DNA of 64,000 nt from Nevskiales bacterium (GTDB lineage: Bacteria; Pseudomonadota; Gammaproteobacteria; Nevskiales; JBOICV01): contig JBOICV010000150.1 of NCBI GenBank assembly GCA_050740255.1, positions 22,048-86,047 on the forward strand. The letters are read 5' to 3'. Both the position numbers and the translations under genes were made by a program. The notes under the pieces were generated by a model. That model did not search any database, had not been told where the DNA came from, and worked only from the letters and a program-made list of their open reading frames with translations. Shown one piece after another: positions 44,354 to 54,697 of this stretch (positions within the stretch are counted from its first letter, which is position 1; each line of letters opens with the position of its first letter).

Positions 44354-45759
44354 GCCGCTGCCTCCCTCTGTGCGATCGCCTTGAGCCAGCGGCCGCGATA
44401 GTCGGAGAGATCGAGCTCCAGCGGAGCGGCCTCGGTGAGGCGCGTAGATGGTGCGAGCCGCGGATCGATCAGTCGCAAGGCGCCGTAGGACACGTCGTTA
44501 TCGACGTTGCAAATGTATGTTTTCGCAGCGGGCCGGAGCGAAGCCAGCGCGCGGACGAACAGCTCCGCATGCGCAAAGCGTCCCTCGATGAGAATGCGCT
44601 CCTGCGCACCGATCAAGCCGAGCGAAACATCGGCCACCAGGGCGGCATAGAGACAGATTGCCGCGCGCCGCTCGGCCGCAACCGCGGGCATGGAAGTCCA
44701 GCGGCCACGGCTTATTGGAAACGGTCCGCAACCCGGCCTGAAGCTCGGCAACACCATGGCGCCGCTACCCAGCAGCTTGGGCAGGGCGGCAAACAGATCC
44801 GCTTGATCGGCCGTCGTGTCGATACGCGCATCCGTAGACAGCAGGATTTCGATCTCGCGACCGCCCATGAACCTTGCGGAGGGCACGGGACGAGCATCGA
44901 CGTCGACATTGACCAGACAATCTCGCGCTTCCGGTAGTCCCGCAATCGCGATCTCGGCGTCAGAAGCTGGGGTGCGCATGGCCACGAACCAGGTGCCGGT
45001 CGACAGCACGGTCGATTCCCGGCCCGCGATTTCGGGAAAGCTGCGTGCGGCCAACAGGGATGCGTTGGAATCGTGCAGGCCGCAATAGATACGAACCTCG
45101 GGCGATAGGCCGGTTCGCACCGCCCATTCCGGCGAGATTGGCCCTAGCACGTCACTCGCCTTGCGCAGGGGCGCAAAATGATCGACCCAGCCACGCGAGC
45201 GGGCGAGAGCCGACGGTGCGCCCGCGAGCGGCTGCCAGAGATCGGAGTGACAGCCAAGACTGGTCACCTCGGAAGCAGCGATGCCCGAGAGCAACCACGC
45301 CCAGTATTGCGGCCACGGCAGAATGAGCGCATGGCCGGTCAGAAGATCCGGGACCAGCCGCTCAAGCTGATGTAGCTGCGCTCCGAGATTCAGCCCATCC
45401 GGGAGAGCCGGCGAGCCGGTCAACAAGAAACGGTCGCGACCGGAGTTGTACTGGGCACGCTCGACCGCCGGGATCGGTTGCTCATAGTCCATAGGCGGGC
45501 AAACGAGCGAGCCGTCCCGCACGATGGCGACCGCCGCACCGTGGCCGATGGGAATGATGGCCGTGACCGGCGCCGTCCGCGCGAAGTAGCGCAGCACACC
45601 AGTCACCCAGTCCTCGATACCCAGAACATCCAGCGCGACATAATCGCGCGTGTTGACCCTTGCGTTGGGTCGGGATCTGCGCTCGATCAGCGCTCCTTCG
45701 TCCGTCCACAAGCTGAGTTTGGTGAGGCTCTTCCCCACGTCCAGAACGATTATTGCCAC
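44350..45759 (-). CDS. rhaB: FGGY-family sugar kinase (probable rhamnulokinase)
   Basis: 469 aa. N-terminal LDVGKSLTK (actin-fold phosphate-1-like). First gene of a minus-strand operon divergent from rhaEW-rhaI. Confidence 0.75.
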   Translation of the reverse strand: MAIIVLDVGKSLTKLSLWTDEGALIERRSRPNARVNTRDYVALDVLGIEDWVTGVLRYFARTAPVTAIIPIGHGAAVAIVRDGSLVCPPMDYEQPIPAVERAQYNSGRDRFLLTGSPALPDGLNLGAQLHQLERLVPDLLTGHALILPWPQYWAWLLSGIAASEVTSLGCHSDLWQPLAGAPSALARSRGWVDHFAPLRKASDVLGPISPEWAVRTGLSPEVRIYCGLHDSNASLLAARSFPEIAGRESTVLSTGTWFVAMRTPASDAEIAIAGLPEARDCLVNVDVDARPVPSARFMGGREIEILLSTDARIDTTADQADLFAALPKLLGSGAMVLPSFRPGCGPFPISRGRWTSMPAVAAERRAAICLYAALVADVSLGLIGAQERILIEGRFAHAELFVRALASLRPAAKTYICNVDNDVSYGALRLIDPRLAPSTRLTEAAPLELDLSDYRGRWLKAIAQREAAA

Positions 45760-45785
45760 CGAGGTTGCCTCATTCTGCTGTATGT

Positions 45786-45812
45786 TGATTGATATATATC
45801 GAATATGATTGA
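45786..45812. promoter_or_regulatory. Candidate operator in the AT-rich rha divergent promoter
   Basis: Direct repeats TGATTGA at 45786-45792 and 45806-45812, 20 bp apart, flank the perfect palindrome GATATATATC (45791-45800). Confidence 0.3.
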
Positions 45813-45871
45813 ATTATGCTAGTCTTTTTGCCACAATCTGACAAATTGGCTCGCCGTGAAGGACGCGTGAA

Positions 45872-47992
45872 ATGAATCAGGTGCTTGAATCCCCGGCGGC
45901 GGCACGCGCTTCATCCGCCTCGCTGTTCCAGGTACCCGACACTCGCTGGTCGGACGCCGAGGCGCAAGCCAAGTCACCCGCCGAACTTCTGCTCTACCGT
46001 TCCAAGCTGCTCGGCGCGGATCTCACGGTCACTAACTTCGGCGGCGGCAACACCTCCGCCAAACTGGAAGCGGCCGATCCGCTCACCGCCGCGACGGTCA
46101 AGGTGCTTTGGGTGAAGGGCTCCGGCGGCGACCTCGGCTCGATGAAGCTCGATGGCTTTGCCACGCTCTACTTCGACAAGCTCCTGGACCTGGAGAAACT
46201 CTATCGCGGTGTCGAGCGCGAAGATGAAATGGCCGGCTTCCTGCCGCACTGCAGCTTCAACCTGAATCCGCGCGCGGCCTCGATTGACACACCACTGCAT
46301 GCCTTTCTCCCCTTCGCGCAGGTTGATCACCTGCACCCGGACGCGGTGACCGCGCTGGCGGCGTCAAGCAACGGCGAGGCCATCACCGCCGAGGTCTATG
46401 GCGGAACAGTCGGCTGGATGCCGTGGCAGCGTCCCGGCTTCGATCTCGGCTTGCGCCTGCGCGAGTACGTCTCGGCGAGGCCCGGCCTGCGCGGTGTCGT
46501 GATGGCCGGCCATGGCCTGATTTGCTGGGGCGACACTTCCAGGAGCTGCTACGAAAACTCGATCAACATCATCGCCGCCGCCGCACGCTACCTGAACCAG
46601 CGTCTTGCGACGGGTCCTGCATTCGGCGGGACTGCCGTGTCACCACAGCCACCCGAACTACGGCTGCGCATTGCGGCGGAGCTGATGCCGCGGCTGCGCG
46701 CAATGATGAGCAGCGAGCGTCCCAAGGTCGGCCATTTCAGCGATGCGCGCGAGTCGCTGGAGTTCGCTTGCAGTCGTGATTTCCGCAAGCTCGCGGCAAT
46801 CGGCACTTCCTGTCCCGATCATTTCCTGCGCACGAAGATCGCGCCGCTGGCGCTTGACCCCGCGCGCGTTGACGACGGGGCTTACCTGCAACAGGCGATC
46901 AGCGATTACCGTCTCGCGTACGCGGCCTACTACCGGCGCTGCGCCAAGCCCGGCGATCCGCCGATGCGCGACGCCAATCCGGTGATCGTGATGCTGCCCG
47001 GGGTCGGCCGCTTCAGCTTCGCTGCCGACAAGACCACGGCGCGCTTGGCGGGAGAGTTCTACGGCAATGCGATCAACGTGATGCGAGGTGCAGGCGCGAT
47101 CGGCGAGTACATCGGGCTCGACGAGCGCGAAGCCTTCGGCATCGAGTACTGGGCGCTGGAAGAGGCCAAGCTGCGCCGCCTGCCCAAAGCCAGATCACTG
47201 GCTGGCCGGATCGCGCTCATCACCGGCGCGGCGGGAGGCATCGGTTCCGCGACGGCCGCGCGCATGCTGGTGGAAGGCGCCTGCGTCATGCTGACCGACC
47301 GCGACGCCGCCGCGCTCGAACAGGCGCGCGCGCGCTTCGCCGCGCAGTTCGGCCACGATGTTGTGCGCGCCATCCCGTGCGACGTCACCAACGAAGGCGA
47401 CGTTACAGCCGCCTTCTCCCGATGCGCGCTTGAATTCGGGGGCTTGGACTTTCTGGTCGCCAATGCGGGCCTCGCGTCTTCAGCACCGATCGAGCAGACC
47501 ACGACTGCCATGTGGAAACTTAACTACGACGTGCTGGCCGCAGGCTATTTTCTGAGCGCGCGGGCGGCATTCCCGCTGCTCAAGCGTCAGGGCGGATCGA
47601 TCGTGTTCATCGGCTCCAAGAACGCGCTGGCGGCGACACCGAATGCCTCGGCTTACGCATCGGCCAAAGCCGCTGCCGTGCACCTCGCGCGCTGCCTCGC
47701 CCTGGAAGGCGCCCCCAGCGGCATCCGGGTGAATGTCGTCAACCCCGACGCGGTGATCCGCGGTTCGCGCATCTGGGACGGCAGTTGGCGCCAGCAGCGC
47801 GCGCAAGCGCACGGGGTAGATTCCGGCGAGGCGCTGGAGCAGCACTACCGCGCGCGCAGCCTTCTAAATCGCGACGTGCTCCCGGAGGACGTTGCGGAAG
47901 CGGTGCTGTTCTTTATTTCCGATGCTTCGGCGAAATCGACCGGCAACATCATCAACGTTGACGCCGGCAATGCTCAGGCGTTTTCACGCTAG
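45872..47992 (+). CDS. rhaEW: Bifunctional rhamnulose-1-phosphate aldolase / lactaldehyde dehydrogenase (RhaEW type: class II aldolase domain plus SDR domain)
   Basis: 706 aa. C-terminal SDR with TGAAGGIGSA and YASAKAA. Large N-terminal aldolase/adducin-like domain. Adjacent to rhaI. Confidence 0.88.
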   Translation: MNQVLESPAAARASSASLFQVPDTRWSDAEAQAKSPAELLLYRSKLLGADLTVTNFGGGNTSAKLEAADPLTAATVKVLWVKGSGGDLGSMKLDGFATLYFDKLLDLEKLYRGVEREDEMAGFLPHCSFNLNPRAASIDTPLHAFLPFAQVDHLHPDAVTALAASSNGEAITAEVYGGTVGWMPWQRPGFDLGLRLREYVSARPGLRGVVMAGHGLICWGDTSRSCYENSINIIAAAARYLNQRLATGPAFGGTAVSPQPPELRLRIAAELMPRLRAMMSSERPKVGHFSDARESLEFACSRDFRKLAAIGTSCPDHFLRTKIAPLALDPARVDDGAYLQQAISDYRLAYAAYYRRCAKPGDPPMRDANPVIVMLPGVGRFSFAADKTTARLAGEFYGNAINVMRGAGAIGEYIGLDEREAFGIEYWALEEAKLRRLPKARSLAGRIALITGAAGGIGSATAARMLVEGACVMLTDRDAAALEQARARFAAQFGHDVVRAIPCDVTNEGDVTAAFSRCALEFGGLDFLVANAGLASSAPIEQTTTAMWKLNYDVLAAGYFLSARAAFPLLKRQGGSIVFIGSKNALAATPNASAYASAKAAAVHLARCLALEGAPSGIRVNVVNPDAVIRGSRIWDGSWRQQRAQAHGVDSGEALEQHYRARSLLNRDVLPEDVAEAVLFFISDASAKSTGNIINVDAGNAQAFSR

Positions 47993-48001
47993 GGGAGCAG
48001 A

Positions 48002-49300
48002 ATGAGCGTTGCCGACCTACCCATCGAAGCTGACTTCATTGGCCAGCACAACGCTGGGCGGCTCAATGCTCTGCAGGACGATTACGAGAGCCTCGGCCGC
48101 GTGTTGAATCGTCGCGGCCTCGCGATCGACGCGATCAAGCGGCGCGCGGCGACTCTGGAGCTGGCGCAGCCCACCTGGGGCGTCGGCGTCGGCGGCACCC
48201 GCTTCGCTCGCTTCCCCATTCCGGGGGAGCCGAACGGTATTGATGAAAAACTGGAAGACTGCGCCGTCGTCCATCAACTGTGCCGAATTACGCCCGGCGT
48301 GTCGCCGCATTTTCCATGGGACAAGGTCGGTGATTCCAGTGCGCTTCGAGATCGCGCGCGCAATCTGGGCCTGCATTTCGACGCCGTGAACTCGAACACC
48401 TTCCAGGATGTGCCCGGTCAGCCGCTCAGTTACCGCCATGGCTCGCTTACCCATACCGACCCGGCGGTGCGGGCGCAGGCCATCGAGCACAACATCGAGT
48501 GCATCCGCATTGGCGAAGCACTGGGGTCGCAGGCGATCACCGTCTGGATTGGCGACGGCAGCAACTTCCCGGGACAGCAGTCGCTCGCGGATTCGCTGGA
48601 CCGCTACCTCGAGTCGGCAGCCCGGATCTACGCGGCGCTGCCCGGCGACTGGCGCATGCTGCTGGAGCACAAGCTCTACGAGCCCGCCTTCTATTCGACC
48701 GTGATCTCGGACTGGGGCACCAGCATCCTCGCAGCGCAGCAGCTCGGGCCGAAGGCGCAGTGTCTGGTGGACCTCGGCCACCATGCACCGAGCGTCAACA
48801 TCGAACAGATCGTCGCACGCCTGCATCGCTTCGGAAAACTCGGCGGCTTTCACTTCAACGACTCGAAGTACGGCGACGACGACCTCGATTCCGGCTCAAT
48901 CAACCCGCACCAGTTATTCCTCGTCTTCAACGAACTGGTGGAAGCCGAGAAACGCTCTCCTCAAGACTTCAAGCCGGCCTACATGATTGATCAGTCGCAC
49001 AACATCACCGATCCGATCGAAAGCCTGCTCTCCAGCGCCGAAGCGATCGCCGGGGCTTTCGTGCGTGCCTTGCTGGTGGATCGCGAAGCGCTGGCCGAAT
49101 ACCAGCGCAACAACGACGTGATGATGGCGTTCCAGACGCTGCGCCGCGCCTACAACCTTGACGTCGCGCCAATCCTGGCGATGGCTCGCCACGAGGCCGG
49201 TGGCGCAATAGATCCCATCGCTGCCTACCGCGAGTCCGGTTGGCGCCAGCGCAAGGCCCGCGAACGCCGCCCGGTCACAGCGGGCAGCGGGATCGTATGA
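48002..49300 (+). CDS. rhaI: L-rhamnose isomerase (Pseudomonas stutzeri-type RhaI, xylose-isomerase-like TIM barrel)
   Basis: 432 aa, with size and context of the RhaI type that partners RhaEW. Motifs HFNDSKYGDDDLD and DQSHN. Confidence 0.85.
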   Translation: MSVADLPIEADFIGQHNAGRLNALQDDYESLGRVLNRRGLAIDAIKRRAATLELAQPTWGVGVGGTRFARFPIPGEPNGIDEKLEDCAVVHQLCRITPGVSPHFPWDKVGDSSALRDRARNLGLHFDAVNSNTFQDVPGQPLSYRHGSLTHTDPAVRAQAIEHNIECIRIGEALGSQAITVWIGDGSNFPGQQSLADSLDRYLESAARIYAALPGDWRMLLEHKLYEPAFYSTVISDWGTSILAAQQLGPKAQCLVDLGHHAPSVNIEQIVARLHRFGKLGGFHFNDSKYGDDDLDSGSINPHQLFLVFNELVEAEKRSPQDFKPAYMIDQSHNITDPIESLLSSAEAIAGAFVRALLVDREALAEYQRNNDVMMAFQTLRRAYNLDVAPILAMARHEAGGAIDPIAAYRESGWRQRKARERRPVTAGSGIV

Positions 49301-49350
49301 ACGGCGGGCGAACTCGCGGGAAATGACCAGCAGCTCAAGGAGGAGAATCC

Positions 49351-51999
49351 ATGACGCGGAAGTCATTGGTCATTGCGCTGTTGTGGGCAGTGGCTAGCCG
49401 CCCCTTGCTGGCCCAGGACGAGACGACCCCGGAGCCCGACACGCCGGCCCCGGAGTCGGCATCGGCGATAGCCAAACCCGACGGTGACGGAGCGCCGGCA
49501 ACAACCGACAGCGCCACGCCGCCATCGTCAGCCGAGGGCGACACTGCGCCGACGACGAACCGCGGCGCTAGCGCAGCCGCGGCCGTCGGACTAGAAGAAC
49601 TCGACGCCATCCTGGCCGAAGAGCCGGCCGATCCTGCGACCGCTGCCGCCGCCCAGGGTGACGGAGCGCCGGCAACAACCGACAACGCCACGCCACCATC
49701 TTCAGCCGAGGGCGGCACAGCGCCGACGACGAGCAGCACCAAAAGAGCACCCGTGACCGTAGGACTGGAAGAGATCATCGTCACCGCCACCAAGCGCGAA
49801 AAGTCGCTGCGCGATATTCCGGCATCGATCCGCGCGTTTGACGGCCGTGATCTTGAAGCCAAGGCGATTCTCAGCATCAATGAGGTGCTCGAAACGACTC
49901 CCGGCGTCACCTCCAACTCGATTCGACCGGGGGATCAACGCATCATCATGCGCGGCATCTCCACGACGGCATCAGCAACAACCACGGCGCCTTTTCCGGT
50001 GGGTATCTTCATCGGCGATACGGCCCTCAATGAGCCCTACGCCGCGAGCATCACGCCGGACTTGAGTGCCTTCGACCTCGCCGGCGTCGAGATCCTGAAA
50101 GGGCCGCAAGGTACCCTGTTCGGCGGCGCCGCGCTCACCGGCGCGATCCGCTATCGCCTCAACGAGCCGATTCCGGACGCCTGGCAGCTTCGCGCATTCT
50201 CCCAGTACACGGATCTCAAGGAGGGCAGCACCGCGCTGACTAACGGCGTCGCAGTCAACGTGCCGATTGCAGTGAACGAAGGCGGTCTTGGCCTGCGACT
50301 GGTCTATATTGACCGGGAATATCCCGGTGTTTACGACGATTTGCGTCCGGAGCAGGCGGCCCAGGATGTGGACCAGGGCCGTGGCGAGCAGATCCGCGTC
50401 GGCGCGCTGTGGCGGCCATCGGACCGGTGGCATCTCAAATTTACCTACCTGGATCAGGATTACGCGGCGGACAATGGGCTGGTTCTCGCCGACGAACGAC
50501 AAGGCCCCCGCGAGACGCGGGTCTCCTTGCTGCCATGGCCAAACCGTCACCAGTTTGGTTTGTACAACCTCGAGTTTCAGTACGACTTCGACAGCATGCG
50601 GCTGGTGTCGTCCACCTCACGCACAGAGAAGGAGCGGCACAATATCATCGATACCCTGGGCACCCTGCTCGGTACTCCGCCGCCGGGCACGCCGGACAGT
50701 CTGGCGCTGCCGTTCATTACCGACCAGGATTCCACCTCATTCTCCCAGGAGCTGAGATTGCAGTCGCTGGGATCCGGGGGGCTGGAGTGGCTGATCGGCG
50801 GCTACTACTATCGGGCGCCGATCAATTACGCGCTGGTCCTCAATTTGCAACTTCTGCAAGACCTTGGCAGATTGGCCGGCGACGTCAGCCAGTTACTCGC
50901 CGGTCTTAATCAAACTCTTACCAATCTTGCCGGGCCCGGCAATCCGCTGAGCCAGTTGATCGCCCTGCTGTCACCGACGTTAGGGCAGCTCCCCTGCGAG
51001 CTTGCCGTGCTATGTGCCGAGACGCGGGCCAAGGCGCGGGAGGATGCCCTGTTCTTCGACCTCTCGTACAGCTTTTGGGATCGCCTCGAGCTTTCCGCGG
51101 GAGCGCGCTTCTACCGCACTGCCGTCGATGGCGGCTTCATCGGACGTGGGGTTGCCGCACGACTTATCGGCAACGGCATGTCGCCGGTGGACGTGCGCAG
51201 TTCGCTCACGGAGGAAGGAGTCAACCCGAAGCTGTCGGCGACTTATCGCTTCACCGAGTCAGTTTCGCTCTACGCGCTGGCCAGCCGGGGCTTCCGCTTT
51301 GGCGGGATCCAGAACATCCCACCGGACGAGGCACAGAACGTGCCGGCGACGTTCAAGTCGGACTCCCTGTGGAACTACGAACTGGGCCTGCGCACCGCCT
51401 GGTTCGGGAATACGATGCATTTCGACATCACCAGGTTCCACATCGACTACAAGGATCCGCAGGTTCAGTTGCAAAACCTCGTGCGGTTGAACTACTACGA
51501 TAATGTCGGCGCCGCCGTCAGCGATGGTGTCGAAGCAAGCTTCGAGTGGCTGACACCGATTCCGGGCATTGCACTTTCCGCCAGCGGTGGCGTCGTGGAC
51601 GCTCATACCACAGAACCGTTCCTGGCCGGCCAGACCCCAGTGCCGGCGGGCGTCGGGCTGCCGGGGTCGGCTGAAAAGCAGTACAGCGGCCAGATTTCCT
51701 ATTTCTGGCCTTTCGGCGGGCCACTGACCTTCGGCGCGGCGATCAGCTATGCCTATGTCGGCAAGACCGCGGGCGCCCTGCAGGTTCCCGCGACCTTGAA
51801 CGACTACGGAATCTACAGTGCCAATATGCAGGTCGGTTCCGCCAACTGGCCGGGAAAGCCCTCGCTCACGCTGAGCGTCACGAATCTGACCGATGTGACG
51901 GCACCCATCGGTGGGCTGGGCTCCCTAGCAGGGGACACCTTCTTCATTCTCAATCCGCCACGGACGATTACCGCCCGCTTCAGCCTGGAGTTCGAATGA
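49351..51999 (+). CDS. TonB-dependent outer-membrane receptor with repeat-containing N-terminal extension
   Basis: AGGAGG RBS and a signal peptide. A ~117-aa P/A/T/E-rich extension, then plug start VGLEEIIVTATKRE. GPQGTLFG motif and a long barrel. Confidence 0.9.
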   Translation: MTRKSLVIALLWAVASRPLLAQDETTPEPDTPAPESASAIAKPDGDGAPATTDSATPPSSAEGDTAPTTNRGASAAAAVGLEELDAILAEEPADPATAAAAQGDGAPATTDNATPPSSAEGGTAPTTSSTKRAPVTVGLEEIIVTATKREKSLRDIPASIRAFDGRDLEAKAILSINEVLETTPGVTSNSIRPGDQRIIMRGISTTASATTTAPFPVGIFIGDTALNEPYAASITPDLSAFDLAGVEILKGPQGTLFGGAALTGAIRYRLNEPIPDAWQLRAFSQYTDLKEGSTALTNGVAVNVPIAVNEGGLGLRLVYIDREYPGVYDDLRPEQAAQDVDQGRGEQIRVGALWRPSDRWHLKFTYLDQDYAADNGLVLADERQGPRETRVSLLPWPNRHQFGLYNLEFQYDFDSMRLVSSTSRTEKERHNIIDTLGTLLGTPPPGTPDSLALPFITDQDSTSFSQELRLQSLGSGGLEWLIGGYYYRAPINYALVLNLQLLQDLGRLAGDVSQLLAGLNQTLTNLAGPGNPLSQLIALLSPTLGQLPCELAVLCAETRAKAREDALFFDLSYSFWDRLELSAGARFYRTAVDGGFIGRGVAARLIGNGMSPVDVRSSLTEEGVNPKLSATYRFTESVSLYALASRGFRFGGIQNIPPDEAQNVPATFKSDSLWNYELGLRTAWFGNTMHFDITRFHIDYKDPQVQLQNLVRLNYYDNVGAAVSDGVEASFEWLTPIPGIALSASGGVVDAHTTEPFLAGQTPVPAGVGLPGSAEKQYSGQISYFWPFGGPLTFGAAISYAYVGKTAGALQVPATLNDYGIYSANMQVGSANWPGKPSLTLSVTNLTDVTAPIGGLGSLAGDTFFILNPPRTITARFSLEFE
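49414..49764 (+). repeat. Coding tandem repeat (2 units of ~56 aa) forming the TBDT N-terminal cassette
   Basis: The unit GDGAPATTD[SN]ATPPSSAEG..APTT...VGLEE occurs twice. About 90% nucleotide identity (by eye) to the inverted copy at 58593-58770. Confidence 0.85.
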
Positions 52000-53537
52000 A
52001 CCGGCTCCTGCGCGTCATCCCGCTGGCGATCCTGCTTCCCTTCTGTGCTGATGCGCAACAGGTAGATCTGAACTCCGGCGCGCTGGAAGGTGAGCGGCTC
52101 GGTCAGGTCGAGCGCTATCTCGGAATACCCTACGCGGCGCCTCCCGTTGGCGAGCTGCGCTGGCGGGCGCCGCGACCGGTCGATGCCTGGATCGGCGTGC
52201 GCAAGGCGACGGCGCCCGGCCCAGCCTGCACGCAGATCGGCGGTTTGTACGCCAGCAACGATCCAGCGACCTTCGACCGCCCTTACGGCTCGGAAGATTG
52301 CCTGTACCTCAACGTGTGGACGCCGGCCGAGCGCCAGGGTCCGCGGCCGGTGCTGTTCTTCATCCACGGCGGCTCCGGAGTCGCGGGCGACTCGGCGTTC
52401 CCCATTTACGACGGCGCGCGGCTTGCAGCCGAAAACCAGATCGTCGTGGTGACCGTCAATTACCGCCTCGGTGTGCTGGGTTCGCTGCATCTGCCTGCAC
52501 TGAAAACCGGCGTGGCCGCCGAGGATTCCGGCAACTACTTCCTGCTCGATCTGATCCAGGCGCTGGACTGGGTGCAGGCCAACATCGCTGCGTTCGGCGG
52601 CGATCCGCGCAACGTCACCATCGCCGGCCATTCAGCCGGAGCGGGCAGCGTCCTCGCATTGCTGCGCTCGCCGCTGGCGCCGGGCAAATTCCAGCGCGCC
52701 ATCAGCTATTCGGGCCTGCCGTTCTCGTCTTCCCCCGACCAGGCGCGCGAGCACAGCGAGGCGCTGCTCGAAGCCCTGATGCGGCAGGATGGCTCGATCC
52801 GCGGAGCCGAGGCGCTGGCGCAACGTGTGCAGGAAATCGGCGAGGCCGGACTGCGCCACTATCTCCTGGGAAAGAGTGGCGCACAACTGGTCGAGGCCGG
52901 AAGAGGCCTCCCCCCCGGAGGGGGCTACCTTGCCGACGGCACCGTCCTTCCGCAAAACCCCCAGCCCGACGAGTTGCCTGTGGAAGTCAGCAGCCCTGTG
53001 CCACTGATGATCGGTACCGTCCGTGACGAAATCTCACTGCTCGCGCTGACTCCCAAGCTCAGCCCGGCGCAGCGCTGGGAGTTGCTCAGCGGTGAGACCG
53101 CCACCGCGACGACCTCTGCGTATGAATTGCTCGGGTTTTGGAAACACCTGGGCTATCGTGTGTCCCGATTCTTCGGCGAGTGCATTCTCGACCACAAGAT
53201 CGAGGGGCTGTATGACCGGCTGGCACCCAAGCTGCCCGCTTTGTATGTCTATACCTTCGATTGGGATGCGTTCCCGCAACCATGGCGCGGGCAGTTCGGC
53301 GCCTTCCACGGACTGGATGTGCCATTCGTCTTCGGCAATTTCATCGTCGATCAACCCAGCTTCGCGCGCTTTGCGTGGACCGCTGAAAACGCCGGCGCGC
53401 GCGAAGCCTTGCACCGGCGCATGGCGGCCGCGCTTCGCGGCTTCGTGGAATCCGGCAACCCCAATGCGCACGTGACGCCGAACCATCCGGCCTGGGCGAC
53501 CTGGGATGCGCGCCGCGCGCAACAAGTCTGGAACTGA
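51996..53537 (+). CDS. Secreted type-B carboxylesterase/lipase
   Basis: ATGA overlap with the TBDT stop. Signal peptide. Oxyanion FIHGGS. Nucleophile GHSAGA. Confidence 0.9.
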   Translation: MNRLLRVIPLAILLPFCADAQQVDLNSGALEGERLGQVERYLGIPYAAPPVGELRWRAPRPVDAWIGVRKATAPGPACTQIGGLYASNDPATFDRPYGSEDCLYLNVWTPAERQGPRPVLFFIHGGSGVAGDSAFPIYDGARLAAENQIVVVTVNYRLGVLGSLHLPALKTGVAAEDSGNYFLLDLIQALDWVQANIAAFGGDPRNVTIAGHSAGAGSVLALLRSPLAPGKFQRAISYSGLPFSSSPDQAREHSEALLEALMRQDGSIRGAEALAQRVQEIGEAGLRHYLLGKSGAQLVEAGRGLPPGGGYLADGTVLPQNPQPDELPVEVSSPVPLMIGTVRDEISLLALTPKLSPAQRWELLSGETATATTSAYELLGFWKHLGYRVSRFFGECILDHKIEGLYDRLAPKLPALYVYTFDWDAFPQPWRGQFGAFHGLDVPFVFGNFIVDQPSFARFAWTAENAGAREALHRRMAAALRGFVESGNPNAHVTPNHPAWATWDARRAQQVWN

Positions 53538-53667
53538 AAGCCTGGTGATTTCCTTCCGGCGTGCTACCGCGAAACCGCTTGGCGTACCCGCAAGGCGCGT
53601 GAGCGCCGCGCTACGACGATCGGCTTCAATAAACTAACGGCTAATCCAACTTTTGAAGGTTGAACCG

Positions 53668-54696
53668 ATGACCAAGCTGCTGGTCGCCGATATTGGCGGC
53701 ACGAATGCGCGCTTCGCAGTGATCGACTGCGCAGATTCACGCCAGCCCGGTTCCTGCGAAGAGGTCCGCAACTTCAGTTGCGCCGAGTTCACCGATTTCG
53801 AGGCACTACTGGACGCGTATCTGGCGGGCCTGAGCCATCGGCCCCGCTATGCAAGCCTGGGCGTGGCGGGACCGGTTGCTAAGGGCATATGCCGGCTGAC
53901 GAATGCCGGCTTGACCGTTGATGCGGGCAAGCTTGCACGACGTTTCGACTTCTCCGAGGTGACGCTCATCAATGATCTCGCAGCGGTCGCGGCCGCTGTG
54001 GTCCACCTGAGTCCGCACGAGCGAACGACGCTGCAGCGAGGTGACGCGGCGGCGACCGGCCCTATCAGCGTCGTCGGTGTCGGGACGGGCTTTGGCGCTG
54101 CGCTGCTGGTGAGGGATGAAGCGACCTGGACCGTTGCCGCGACGGAGGCCGGCCATCAAAGCTTCAGCCCGGTCGACGAATTGGAAATCGAGATCCTGCG
54201 TCTGTTGTCACGCGAACATGGGCACGTCTCGGTCGAGTTCCTGCTGTCGGGGCCGGGCATTTCCCGGCTGCATGTCGCTTTGTCGCGGATTTATGGGGAA
54301 CCGGTGGAGGATATCTCTCCCGAAGAAATCTGCAGCGGCGCAAGGGCTGAAGTGGCCCGCTGCGCACGAACGCTATCGTTATTCTTCTCCATGCTCGGCG
54401 GCGTGTCGGGAGACATCGCGTTGACGCATGGAGCAACCGGAGGCTTATATCTTGGCAGCGGTATAGTGGTGCCGAATACTTCCGCGCTCTTGCAGAGCCA
54501 GTTTGTACGGCGCTTCTCCGCCAAAGGCCCGATGTCGTCTTACATGCAGAACATCCCCATTCACATCTTCGTCTCCGATCAAGCTGCACTTAAAGGAGCG
54601 GCGAACTGGTTTGTGAAAACGAGACTCGGCAAGAAAGACGCGACCATTAACGCCCCCGGCGTTGGCAACCAACACGCATGTTCGGGGACCAAGTGA
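53668..54696 (+). CDS. glk: Glucokinase
   Basis: LLVADIGGTNARFA N-terminal ATP motif, about 340 aa. ATG at 53668 is preferred over TTG at 53653. Confidence 0.88.
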   Translation: MTKLLVADIGGTNARFAVIDCADSRQPGSCEEVRNFSCAEFTDFEALLDAYLAGLSHRPRYASLGVAGPVAKGICRLTNAGLTVDAGKLARRFDFSEVTLINDLAAVAAAVVHLSPHERTTLQRGDAAATGPISVVGVGTGFGAALLVRDEATWTVAATEAGHQSFSPVDELEIEILRLLSREHGHVSVEFLLSGPGISRLHVALSRIYGEPVEDISPEEICSGARAEVARCARTLSLFFSMLGGVSGDIALTHGATGGLYLGSGIVVPNTSALLQSQFVRRFSAKGPMSSYMQNIPIHIFVSDQAALKGAANWFVKTRLGKKDATINAPGVGNQHACSGTK

Positions 54697-54697
54697 G

